Translations under genes and position numbers: made by a program | The notes under the pieces: generated by a model | Told to the model about the DNA's origin: nothing | What the model saw: the letters and a program-made list of their open reading frames with translations, nothing else | The model's database searches: none | In this document: one piece after another, positions 8,596-17,552 of the stretch | How the letters are laid out: the number at the start of each line of letters is the position of its first letter | How positions within the stretch are numbered: the stretch's first letter is position 1 | NCBI GenBank assembly: GCA_963666565.1 | Contig: OY762911.1 | Coordinates: 4,256,001 to 4,320,000 of the forward strand | Direction: 5' to 3' | Length of the DNA stretch: 64,000 nt | Source of the DNA: Thermoanaerobaculia bacterium | GTDB taxonomy: Bacteria; Acidobacteriota; Thermoanaerobaculia; Multivoradales; Multivoraceae

Positions 8596-10179
8596 ATGAC
8601 CTGGGGCCTCTCCGGGCTCGATACCGCGATCGTCCTCGTCTACCTGGCGGGGATACTGGTCATCGGCACCACTTTCAGCCGCTACGTCAAGACCAGTGGC
8701 GACTTCCTGCTCGCCGGCCGCGCCCTGCCCTTCTGGGCGATCGGCATGTCGATCGTGGTCAGCGACATCGGCGCCACGGACTTCATCGCCGTCGCCGGCG
8801 GTACCTACCGCTACGGCCTCGCCCAGGCCAACTTCGACTGGCTCGGCTCGATGCCGGCGCTGCTGATCGCTGCGTTCCTGATCGTCCCGTTCTACTGGCG
8901 CAGCGGCGTCTACACGGTTCCCGAGTTCCTGGGCCGGCGCTACGGCAGCGGCGTGCGCAGCTTCCTCGCTCTGGCCTGGGGCGTCATCCTGGTGCTCAAC
9001 CTCGGGATCATGATCCACGCCACCGCGCTGCTCATGCGCACCGTGCTCGGCTGGGATCCGCAGTTCTCCATCTGGATCACGACCGCGATCGTCGGCATCT
9101 ACACGATCAGCGGCGGGCTGGCCGCGGTCGTGATGACCGACGTGCTGCAACTCATCGTCATGTTCGTGGGCGGCGCGGCCCTGGTCGCGCGGGCCCTCTA
9201 CGAGGTCGGCGGACTGACGGCGCTGCGCGACGGCGTCCTCAACCAGGGCGCCCAGTACGCGGACCACTTCTCGCTCTACCTGCCGCACGACACGGCGACT
9301 CCCTTCCCCTGGACCGGGATCGTTCTGGGGCTCGGGATCGTGCTCTCGGTCGCCTACTACACCGGCAACCAGACGATCGTCCAGCGCGCGCTCGGCGCGC
9401 GCAGCGAGTGGGACGCGAAGGCCGGCGTGCTGCTCGCCGGCTTCCTGAAGCTGTTCATCCCGCTGCTCGTCGCGCTGCCGGGGCTGGCCGCGATCCTGAT
9501 CGTCCCGGACCTGCAGAACGCCGACGAGGCGGTGCCGAGCCTCATCGCCCGGTTGCTGCCGCCGGGATTGCGGGGACTGATGTTCGCTGCCTTCCTGGCG
9601 GCCCTGATGTCGAGCGTCGACTCCAACCTGAACTCGGCGACGACTCTCTGGAGCCGCGACCTGCTCGGCCGCCTGCGACGGCGCCTGGGCCGCGCGGAAC
9701 TCGGGACCGCCGCGGAACTCCGCTTCGGCCGCATCCTGTCCGCCGTGCTGCTGCTGGCGGCCGCGTTCATCGCGCCCGAGATCGAGCAGCGCTTCAGCAA
9801 CATCTACAACGCGATCCAGACCGTCTTCTCCCTGATCCAGGGGCCGACCCTGGCCGTGCTCCTGCTCGGCATCCTCTGGCGCGGAGCGAACCGCTACGGC
9901 GGCGCCGCCGGGCTGGTGTCGGGCGTCGGGTTCTGCCTGCTGCTCAACAGCCCGGCGATGGATGGGCTGTTCTCGTCCGAGGAGCCGTTCCTGTTCGTCG
10001 CCTGGTGGTCGTTCGTCTTCACCCTGGGCGTGACCTGGATCGTCAGCCGGTTGACGCCGCCGGAGCCGCCGGAGCGCCTGCGCGGCCTGGTCTGGGGCGA
10101 GGTGCGGAACGACGGAGCGGTGCAGGCGGCGCTGCGAAGCCGGGTCGCCCAACTGCGGGAGAACGGCAATGAACCGTGA
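8596..10179 (+). CDS. Sodium:solute symporter (SSS family)
   Basis: ATG 8596; DFLLAGRALPFW, TVPEFLGRRY, GGLAAVVMTD, NQTIVQR, AALMSSVDSNLNS. Confidence 0.92.
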   Translation: MTWGLSGLDTAIVLVYLAGILVIGTTFSRYVKTSGDFLLAGRALPFWAIGMSIVVSDIGATDFIAVAGGTYRYGLAQANFDWLGSMPALLIAAFLIVPFYWRSGVYTVPEFLGRRYGSGVRSFLALAWGVILVLNLGIMIHATALLMRTVLGWDPQFSIWITTAIVGIYTISGGLAAVVMTDVLQLIVMFVGGAALVARALYEVGGLTALRDGVLNQGAQYADHFSLYLPHDTATPFPWTGIVLGLGIVLSVAYYTGNQTIVQRALGARSEWDAKAGVLLAGFLKLFIPLLVALPGLAAILIVPDLQNADEAVPSLIARLLPPGLRGLMFAAFLAALMSSVDSNLNSATTLWSRDLLGRLRRRLGRAELGTAAELRFGRILSAVLLLAAAFIAPEIEQRFSNIYNAIQTVFSLIQGPTLAVLLLGILWRGANRYGGAAGLVSGVGFCLLLNSPAMDGLFSSEEPFLFVAWWSFVFTLGVTWIVSRLTPPEPPERLRGLVWGEVRNDGAVQAALRSRVAQLRENGNEP

Positions 10180-10263
10180 GGCAGACCGCACCGAACGCTC
10201 GCGTCACCATGCGCGGCTTCGGGCCCGCGTACCGCGTGCCCTCGTCTTCCGGCGCCGAACGCC

Positions 10264-10503
10264 ATGAGAACGATCCTCGAGTTCGTCCTCGGCCCGGTCC
10301 ACGCCGCAATGGGCGCCTTGCCACTGTGGAGCGCTCGCGTCGCCGTCGCCCTGCTGCTCGTTCTGCCGGCGGCGGCAGTCTGGCGGCTCGGCCGCGACTG
10401 GGTGTTCCGCGGCGCACCCGACCGGGCGAGGTGGCGCGACCTGCGGATCTGGGCCGCACTGTTCATCGTGCCCTACCTCCTGATCTACCTGTTGCTTGCC
10501 TGA
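10264..10503 (+). CDS. Small membrane protein
   Basis: 79 aa with two hydrophobic segments; GAPDRARWRDLRIWA; in operon with the SSS gene. Confidence 0.7.
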   Translation: MRTILEFVLGPVHAAMGALPLWSARVAVALLLVLPAAAVWRLGRDWVFRGAPDRARWRDLRIWAALFIVPYLLIYLLLA

Positions 10504-10741
10504 CCTGCCGTTCATCGACGCCATGACCTCCGACCACACCGACCGCGACCGTTCCACCGCCCGCATCCTGGGCGTCTTCCTGGCGGTGCTCGCGATCCCG
10601 GTCCTCGTCGGCGCCTTCTCCGCCGCGCAGACGATCGACCTCGCGCTCGGCACCGCCGCCGGTGCCGCTCTCCTGCTGGCCGCCGCCGTCCTGACGATCT
10701 ACGGCAGCCGCGGCCGCCGGAAGCCGCCGGAAGAGCGCTGA
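10496..10741 (+). CDS. Small two-TM membrane protein
   Basis: Two hydrophobic helices; TTG 10496 overlaps the upstream gene (alternative ATG 10523). Confidence 0.6.
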   Translation: MPDLPFIDAMTSDHTDRDRSTARILGVFLAVLAIPVLVGAFSAAQTIDLALGTAAGAALLLAAAVLTIYGSRGRRKPPEER

Positions 10742-11367
10742 GCGAACCGCCGCAGCCGGCGCCGCCTACGTCCCGCGCAAACGGGGAGGCGGCCCAGACG
10801 ATCGCGCCGACCGTCCCGGAAGACGAAGCGCGCCGCCGCCTGGCAGGCGGACGGCTGCGCCGCCTCCGCGGCGGGCGGCCCGTCGCCTTCGAACTCCTGT
10901 ACCTGCCCCACTGGCTCGTCGTCTACGAGACGGTCGGCTCCGCCGAGCGACTGGCGGTCCTCGTCTGCCGGCTCAGCGGGCAAGCCGCGCACATCCGCCT
11001 GCAAGACGTCGAAGTCGCACCGGGACCGGCAACCCTGCCGCCCGCGCTCGACCCTGCCCAAGCGGAAGAGCGGGCCGCCGACTTCGCCCGCCGCGTCCTG
11101 CTGATGGCCGCCCGCGGCAAACGCCGCCGCGAACTCGGCAAGCCGATCCGCTCCGAACCCTGCGGCTACCCGTACTGGGTCGAGTACCTGGAACGCGGCA
11201 GCAACGTCGACTTTCGCGCCGTCGACGCCGTCTCCGGCAAGCGCGCCGGCGCCGCCGTACGCGGCGCCATCGCCCGCGGGATCGCGGCGGACAACCCGTT
11301 GACCGAAACACGCCACCGACGTCCAGCCCAGTCGGGTCAGGAGGGGTCGGCGCCCAGGCGCCTCTGA
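10738..11367 (+). CDS. Hypothetical protein, probable CTG start
   Basis: Frame of ORF 11104..11367 is open with protein-like sequence from CTG 10738 (CTGA overlap): IAPTVPEDEARRRL...ELLYLPHWLV...GYPYWVEY...RAVDAVSGK. Confidence 0.65.
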   Translation: MSEPPQPAPPTSRANGEAAQTIAPTVPEDEARRRLAGGRLRRLRGGRPVAFELLYLPHWLVVYETVGSAERLAVLVCRLSGQAAHIRLQDVEVAPGPATLPPALDPAQAEERAADFARRVLLMAARGKRRRELGKPIRSEPCGYPYWVEYLERGSNVDFRAVDAVSGKRAGAAVRGAIARGIAADNPLTETRHRRPAQSGQEGSAPRRL

Positions 11368-11492
11368 ACGAGCGACGGCCGACGCCTTTCCGGAAGCCGA
11401 CGCTGAACCGGAGCGAGTGAAGCGGAGCGAGCGCAGTCCTTCCATCTCCTCTTGAGCGCGAGCGTCACCTGGGCGCCGACCCCTCCTGACCC
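11334..11492. mobile_element. MITE/REP-like element with perfect 25-bp inverted repeats
   Basis: gggtcaggaggggtcggcgcccagg (11334-11358) and its exact reverse complement (11468-11492). Confidence 0.6.
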
Positions 11493-11563
11493 AAGACGGG
11501 CGGGTGCGTCCGACGCCGCCACGAACGGGGCTAGACTCGGTCTTCCCGACCGAGGAGAACCGA

Positions 11564-12532
11564 ATGGCCGAGGCTTTCGACACGCAGACCTGGATCAGCG
11601 GACCGCTCCGCTCCCCCAGACAGATGCTCGCCGAACAGGAGTACGGCGGACACATGTCCATCCATGACGACTCCACCGCCGAGAAGATGGGCTTCCAGGC
11701 CGGAGGCCCGATCGAAGGCCCGACCCACTTCAGCCAGTTCGTGCCCCTGCTTCACGACCTGTGGGGTCAGGAGTGGTTCGAGACCGGCTGCCTGAGCGCC
11801 CACTACCGGAACATGGTCGTCGAGGGCGAGCAGGTGCGAGCCCTGGTCGAGAGCGCGGCGAACGGCCGGACCCAGGTCCGCATCCGGGCCGAGAAGGCGG
11901 ACGGCACGGAAGTGCTCGTCGGCACGGCCTCGATCCGCGGCGACATCGAGTCGTCCGAGATCGGGACGCGAATGGCCCGCCTGCGGCCGCCGGGACCGCT
12001 CGTCGTCCTGCGGGACCTCGAAGTCGGCATGAAGGGGAAGGGACTCGAAGAGGTGCGGATGGACTTCGACCGGCACATGGGCAAGCTCTATCCCTTCAGC
12101 CTGAACCAGAAGCTCGCCAGGATCACCGAGCCCTCGCCCTGGTACACCGAGGACGAGGGCGGCTCGTCGCCCTGGGGCCGCGCGATCGTCCCGCTGGAGA
12201 TGGTCAGCGTGCTCGCCGGCTACTCGAACCGCAAGGCCGGCTTCCCGACGCGCGGACCGGCGGTGGGCCTGTTCGCCGGCCAGCAGATCCGGATGATCGA
12301 CGGGCCGCTCTTCGTCGGCCGGGACTACCTCCTGGAGCGCGAGATCGTGGCGCTCAGCGAGAGCCGGCGCACGGAATCGAACTGGGTCAGGACGACCTTC
12401 CTCGACGCGGAGACGAAGACGCCGAAGGCCGAGATGATCCTGAACAACGCGACGCTCAAGCACTCATTCGAGGGCTACGAGGAAGAGCGTGCGGCGTTGG
12501 AGGCCGCGGCAGCGAAGGCGGCGACGGCATGA
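11564..12532 (+). CDS. Hypothetical protein, probable double hot-dog (MaoC-like) fold
   Basis: RBS GAGGAG before ATG 11564; SIHDD, GGPIEGPTHFSQF, GPLFVGRDY; coupled to an acyl-CoA ligase. Confidence 0.6.
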   Translation: MAEAFDTQTWISGPLRSPRQMLAEQEYGGHMSIHDDSTAEKMGFQAGGPIEGPTHFSQFVPLLHDLWGQEWFETGCLSAHYRNMVVEGEQVRALVESAANGRTQVRIRAEKADGTEVLVGTASIRGDIESSEIGTRMARLRPPGPLVVLRDLEVGMKGKGLEEVRMDFDRHMGKLYPFSLNQKLARITEPSPWYTEDEGGSSPWGRAIVPLEMVSVLAGYSNRKAGFPTRGPAVGLFAGQQIRMIDGPLFVGRDYLLEREIVALSESRRTESNWVRTTFLDAETKTPKAEMILNNATLKHSFEGYEEERAALEAAAAKAATA

Positions 12533-14283
12533 ACGACATGCGCGAAGCGAAGTCCGAGCCGATCGTCGGCCAGATGACCTACGACGAGTCGGTCGCCTTC
12601 CTGACCGCTCCCGGCGCCGATTGGGAGCTCGTCACCGAGACCGTCCGCGGCGTCGAGTACAAGGTCTTCAGGAACCTGCCCCCGACCCTGCGCGACGTCT
12701 ACGACCAGGCGCGCCAGGACCACGGCGACAAGGACTTCCTCGTCTTCCAGGACACGCGGCTCACCTACGCCGAGGCCTGGGAACGCGCGGCCGCGCTCGC
12801 CCACCAGTTGGTCCACCGCTACGGCGTCAAGAAGGGCGACCGGGTCGCCATCGGCATGAGGAACTACCCCGAGTGGGTCATCGCCTTCATGGCGATCACG
12901 TCCTCCGGCGCCATCTCGGTGTCGCTCAACGGCTGGTGGTCGGGCGAAGAGCTGGAGTACGGCTTCAAGGACTCCGGCGCCAAACTCGCCTTCTTCGACT
13001 GGCAACGCTACGAGCGGGTCGCCGGCAAGCTGCCGGGCCTCGGTGTCAAGAGCATCGGCGCACGTTGGGAAGAGGAGTTGCCCGAGGGCGTGGACGACTT
13101 CGAGGAGGTGTGGCGCGAGGCGGCCGGCCAACCGATGCCCGATGTCGACCTGGGTCCCCACGACGACGTGACGATCCTCTTCACCTCGGGTACCACCGGC
13201 TTCCCCAAGGGCGCCGTCTCCAGCCACCGCGCCGTGCTCAGCGGCATCGGCAGTTGGGGCTACTACGCCGCCCAGCGGATCGCGATGGGCCTGATGGACG
13301 AGCCGGAGGAGGACCCCGAGTTCCAGCCCTCGATCCTGATGCCGCTGCCGCTGTTCCACGTCAGCGGCAGCCACGCCGGCCTGCTCGCCTCCTTCGGCGC
13401 CGGCCGCAAGATCGTGATGATGTACAAGTGGAACCCGGAGCTCGGCCTGGAGCTGATCGAGCGCGAGCGCGTGACCTCCTTCAACGGCGTCCCCACGATG
13501 ACCTGGGAGATGCTCCAGTCGCCGGCGCTCGGCGAACGCGATCTGCGGAGTCTCATCGCCGTGTCCGGCGGCGGCGCGCCGATCCCCGGCGGCATGGTCG
13601 ACCGCCTGCAGGCCCTGATGCCGGACAAGCACTGGTCATTCGGCTGGGGAATGACGGAGACGAACGCCGGCGGCGCCGGCAACACGGACGAGGGCCTGGT
13701 CGAGAAGCCCGACAGTTGCGGTCAGCCCTGCCCGATCGTCGAACTGAAGATCATCGACGACGACGGCGCCGAACTGCCGTCCGGCGAGCAGGGCGAACTG
13801 ATCATGAAGTCGTCGATGAACATCCGCGGCTACTGGAACCGCCCGGAGGCGACCGCCGAGACGATCCAGGACGGCTGGCTGCGCACCGGCGACATCGCCG
13901 AGATCGACGAGGACGGCTTTCTCTACATCCGGGACCGCAAGAAGGACATGGTGCTCCGCGGCGGCGAGAACATCTACTGCGCCGAGATCGAGCGCGTGGT
14001 CTACCAGCATCCCGCCGTCTACGAAGCGGCCGCCTTCGGCGTCCCCGACGAACGGCTGGGCGAGGAGCTGGCGGTCGTCGTGGTGCCGAAGGAAGGCGCC
14101 GAGCTGGACGCGGCGGGCGTTCGCGCCCACGTCGCCGAGCACATGGCCCGATTCAAGGTGCCGCGCTACGTGTGGCTGCAGGACGAGCAGTTGCCCCGCG
14201 GCGCCACCGAGAAGATCCACAAGCGCACCCTGCGCGACCGGATGCTGACGGAAGCGCCGGAGTTTCAGCCGTGCGCCGGATGA
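12529..14283 (+). CDS. Long-chain acyl-CoA synthetase (class I adenylate-forming)
   Basis: FTSGTTGFPKG, GWGMTET, GWLRTGD, RGGENIY. Confidence 0.92.
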   Translation: MNDMREAKSEPIVGQMTYDESVAFLTAPGADWELVTETVRGVEYKVFRNLPPTLRDVYDQARQDHGDKDFLVFQDTRLTYAEAWERAAALAHQLVHRYGVKKGDRVAIGMRNYPEWVIAFMAITSSGAISVSLNGWWSGEELEYGFKDSGAKLAFFDWQRYERVAGKLPGLGVKSIGARWEEELPEGVDDFEEVWREAAGQPMPDVDLGPHDDVTILFTSGTTGFPKGAVSSHRAVLSGIGSWGYYAAQRIAMGLMDEPEEDPEFQPSILMPLPLFHVSGSHAGLLASFGAGRKIVMMYKWNPELGLELIERERVTSFNGVPTMTWEMLQSPALGERDLRSLIAVSGGGAPIPGGMVDRLQALMPDKHWSFGWGMTETNAGGAGNTDEGLVEKPDSCGQPCPIVELKIIDDDGAELPSGEQGELIMKSSMNIRGYWNRPEATAETIQDGWLRTGDIAEIDEDGFLYIRDRKKDMVLRGGENIYCAEIERVVYQHPAVYEAAAFGVPDERLGEELAVVVVPKEGAELDAAGVRAHVAEHMARFKVPRYVWLQDEQLPRGATEKIHKRTLRDRMLTEAPEFQPCAG

Positions 14284-14400
14284 CCGACGCACGGCCTGAG
14301 ACGCGGTGGCGCGGAACGCGCCAGCCGGGTAACGCAGCCGTGCGCCGGATGACCGACGCACGGCCTGAGACGCGGTGGCGCGGAACACGCCAGCCGGGTA
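14266..14400 (+). repeat. 69-bp tandem repeat (2 copies)
   Basis: cagccgtgcgccggatgaccgacgcacggcctgagacgcggtggcgcggaac(g/a)cgccagccgggta twice. Confidence 0.9.
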
Positions 14401-14404
14401 GCCA

Positions 14405-14881
14405 GTGACCGACGAAGTCCGGATCGAACCCGGCGACCCCGCCGACCCCGCCTTCGTGCGCCTGCACGAGGCGCTCGACCGGGAACTCGGCGAGCTCTAC
14501 CCCGCCGACAGCATCTACAGCGTCGAGCCCGACAAGCTCGACGCCCCCGGCTGCTGCCTCCTCCTCGGCCGGAACGCGGACGGCGAAGCGGTCGCCTGCG
14601 GCGCACTCCGCCAACTCGGCCCCGATCAGGCCGAGATCAAGCGGATGTACGTGGCGCCGGAGTACCGTCGGCAGGCCCTCGGACGCCGCATCCTGGAGGA
14701 ACTCGAAGCCCGAGCGGCGGCCTTCGGCTACAAGTCGCTGCGGCTCGAAACCGGCGAACTCCAGCCCGCCGCGATCGGCCTTTACCGTTCCTTCGGTTAC
14801 GTCCGGATCCCCTGCTACAACGAGTACGCCTACGACCCGCACAGCCTCTGCTTCGAGAAGAAGCTGGAAGCCGGCGGCTAG
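14405..14881 (+). CDS. GNAT family N-acetyltransferase
   Basis: AEIKRMYVAPEYRRQALG, LRLETGELQPAAIGLY. Confidence 0.9.
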   Translation: MTDEVRIEPGDPADPAFVRLHEALDRELGELYPADSIYSVEPDKLDAPGCCLLLGRNADGEAVACGALRQLGPDQAEIKRMYVAPEYRRQALGRRILEELEARAAAFGYKSLRLETGELQPAAIGLYRSFGYVRIPCYNEYAYDPHSLCFEKKLEAGG

Positions 14882-14882
14882 G

Positions 14883-14958
14883 CTGGGTGCGCGGGTCTTC
14901 GCCAGGACTGGGTGCGCGGGTCTTCGCCAAGACTGGGTGCGCGGGTCTTCTGACCCGC
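14883..14958 (+). repeat. REP-like tandem array (3 units, 25-bp period)
   Basis: ctgggtgcgcgggtcttc at 14883, 14908 and 14933; only the last has the full hairpin. Confidence 0.85.
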
Positions 14959-14991
14959 CCGCGTGCCCGGCCGACGCTAGTATTCGACGCC

Positions 14992-15612
14992 ATGGCCAGC
15001 ATCGATCCGATCGGCCGCCGCCGTGCCCTCCAGGTGATCGGGGGCGCGGCCGCACTGCCTCTCCTGCCCGAGGAACTGTTCGGGAACGCCCATCTGGCGC
15101 ATGTCCACCTGCACCGGCAGGAAACCGCCGGCGAGCCGGCGCCGCTGGCCGTGCTCTCGGAGGGCCAGGCCCGCACACTCGACGCGATCGCCGAGCGGAT
15201 TCTCCCGGCCACGGACACGCCCGGCGCAGGCGACGCCGAGATTCCCGCCCTCGTCGACCGGCTGCTCGCGGGCTGGCTGCCGGATGCGGCGCGCGATCAC
15301 CTGCTCGCCGAACTCGACCGCTTCGATGCCCGCGCCCGCGAGCGCCAGCCCGAGGCGGCCGGCTTCGTCGACCTCGCCGAGTCGGCGCAGGACCGACTCC
15401 TGGCCGAAGCCCAGGACGAGGCTCTCGCCGAGCGCGGCGGCCGCGGCTTCTCGCGCAACCCGAACCGGCTCCACGAGCAGCCGTTCTTCGACCTGGTCAA
15501 GTGGCTCACCCTGTTCGGCTACTACACCTCCGAGGCGGGCATGAAGTCGGAGCTCGGCTACCGGATCGTGCCCGGACGCTGGGATCCCTGCGTCGACCTG
15601 GAAGAAGCCTGA
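14992..15612 (+). CDS. Gluconate 2-dehydrogenase subunit 3 family protein (Tat signal)
   Basis: GRRRAL Tat motif; ILPATDTPGA; LTLFGYYTSEAG; upstream of a GMC oxidoreductase. Confidence 0.88.
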   Translation: MASIDPIGRRRALQVIGGAAALPLLPEELFGNAHLAHVHLHRQETAGEPAPLAVLSEGQARTLDAIAERILPATDTPGAGDAEIPALVDRLLAGWLPDAARDHLLAELDRFDARARERQPEAAGFVDLAESAQDRLLAEAQDEALAERGGRGFSRNPNRLHEQPFFDLVKWLTLFGYYTSEAGMKSELGYRIVPGRWDPCVDLEEA

Positions 15613-15687
15613 ACGTCTCCGGATCGCCGAGCCACCGGGAAGGCCGAGCGCAGTCGAAACCACGAGCACCACGGGAATCCAGCAGCA

Positions 15688-17409
15688 ATGGTCCAGATCA
15701 TCGAACGCAAGACCTGGGACGCCATCGTCGTCGGTTCCGGCATCACCGGCGGCTGGGCTGCAAAGGAACTGACCGAGAAGGGCCTGGAGACGCTGGTGCT
15801 CGAGGCCGGCCCGCCGGTGGTCCCCGAGCGGGACTACAGCGAGCACACGCCGCCCTGGCAGATGCCATACCGGGGGCTACGGGATCGCAAGCACCAGGCC
15901 GAGCGGCAGCCGGTTCAGAGCCGCGCCGCCGCCTGCGACGAGTGGTCGGGAAAGTTCTTCGTCGACGACATCGACAACCCGTACTCGATCGGCGACGGCG
16001 GCCAGGAGTTCCTGTGGATCCGCGCCCGCATCGTCGGCGGACGGTCCCTGCTGTGGGGACGCCAGAGCTACCGCTGGAGCGACCTGGACTTCGGCGCCAA
16101 CGCCCGCGACGGTTACGGTACGGACTGGCCGATCCGTTACCGCGACCTCGCGCCGTGGTACGACCGGGTGGAGTCCTTCGTCGGCATCGCAGGCCAGCCG
16201 GAGAACATGCCGCAGCTACCCGACGGGAAGTTCCTGCCGCCGATCGCCCAGAGCTGCATGGAGGAGAAGGTCCGCGAGGGCCTCGACCGCGCCTTCGGCG
16301 GCACGCGCCGGTTCACGCCGGCCCGGGTCGCCGTGCTCACCAAGCACCATCTCGGCCGCCGCGCCTGCCACTACTGCGGCATCTGCCGCCGCGGCTGCAT
16401 CAGCCGGTCCTACTTCTCCAGCCTGAACGCCACGCTGCCGGCGGCCGAGGCGACCGGCCGGCTGACCGTGCGCCCCAACAGCGTCGTCCGCAACCTGGTC
16501 TACGACGAGCGGACGGACCGGGTCAGCGGCGTCCATCTGATCGACGGCGAATCGATGGAGTCGATCGAGGTACGCGGCCGCATCGTCTTCCTGTGCGCGT
16601 CGACGATCGAGTCGGCGCGCATCCTGCTGAACTCGAAGACGCCCCGCTTCGCGGAGGGACTGGCGAACTCCAGCGGCCAGGTCGGCCGCAACCTGATGGA
16701 CCACATCTTCCAGGTCGGCGCGAACGGGAACCTGGACGGCCTGGAGGACAAGACGACCTTCGGCAGGCGCCCCAACTCCTGCTACCTGCCGCGGTTCGTC
16801 AACCTCGACGGTGACCGCGCCGAGGCCACTCGCGAGAAGAGCTTCCTGCGCGGCTTCGGCTACCAGTGCGGCGCCCGCCGCGGGACCCTGTGGCAAGGCG
16901 GCATCGGCCAGCCGGGCTTCGGCGCCGACTACAAGGCGAGCCTGCGCGGGCTCGCGCCCTGGCGTCTCAACTTCAGCGGCTTCGGCGAGAACCTGCCGAA
17001 CCCCGACAACCGGGTGACGATCGACCCGGATCTCGAGGACCGCTGGGGCATTCCCGCGGCCCGGATCACGATGAGCTACGGCGAGAACGAAGAGGCGATG
17101 CGGGAGAGCATCCAGACCCGCGCCGCCGAGATGCTGGAAGCGCTCGGCGCGAAGAACATCCGCACCTTCAACCGGAACTCCCTGCCCGGCTTCGCCATCC
17201 ACGAGATGGGCACGGCGCGAATGGGCCGCAACCCCGCGACCTCCGTCCTCAACGGCTGGTGCCAGTCCTGGGACGTGCCGAACCTGTTCGTCACCGACGG
17301 CGCCGCGATGGCCTCGTCCGCCTGCCAGAACCCGAGCCTGACCTACATGGCGCTCACCGCGCGCGCCTGCGACTACGCGGTGCGCCGGATGCGCCGGCTG
17401 GAACTCTGA
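15688..17409 (+). CDS. GMC family oxidoreductase (glucoside 3-dehydrogenase-like)
   Basis: GSGITGGWAAKELTEKG FAD motif; CHYCGICRRGC; HEMGTARMG; CQNPSLTYMALTARA. Confidence 0.92.
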   Translation: MVQIIERKTWDAIVVGSGITGGWAAKELTEKGLETLVLEAGPPVVPERDYSEHTPPWQMPYRGLRDRKHQAERQPVQSRAAACDEWSGKFFVDDIDNPYSIGDGGQEFLWIRARIVGGRSLLWGRQSYRWSDLDFGANARDGYGTDWPIRYRDLAPWYDRVESFVGIAGQPENMPQLPDGKFLPPIAQSCMEEKVREGLDRAFGGTRRFTPARVAVLTKHHLGRRACHYCGICRRGCISRSYFSSLNATLPAAEATGRLTVRPNSVVRNLVYDERTDRVSGVHLIDGESMESIEVRGRIVFLCASTIESARILLNSKTPRFAEGLANSSGQVGRNLMDHIFQVGANGNLDGLEDKTTFGRRPNSCYLPRFVNLDGDRAEATREKSFLRGFGYQCGARRGTLWQGGIGQPGFGADYKASLRGLAPWRLNFSGFGENLPNPDNRVTIDPDLEDRWGIPAARITMSYGENEEAMRESIQTRAAEMLEALGAKNIRTFNRNSLPGFAIHEMGTARMGRNPATSVLNGWCQSWDVPNLFVTDGAAMASSACQNPSLTYMALTARACDYAVRRMRRLEL

Positions 17410-17552
17410 TTCGACACGGCACCGCCCGTTCGCCCGCCCAGGCCTCGTCCGCACGCCGATGACGGACACGCGGACGGGTTGACGCACGACGCGCTCAGTA
17501 TCGCCGGGGGATCTATGATTCCGGTGCAATGAACGCGAGAGGAGCAACGCCC

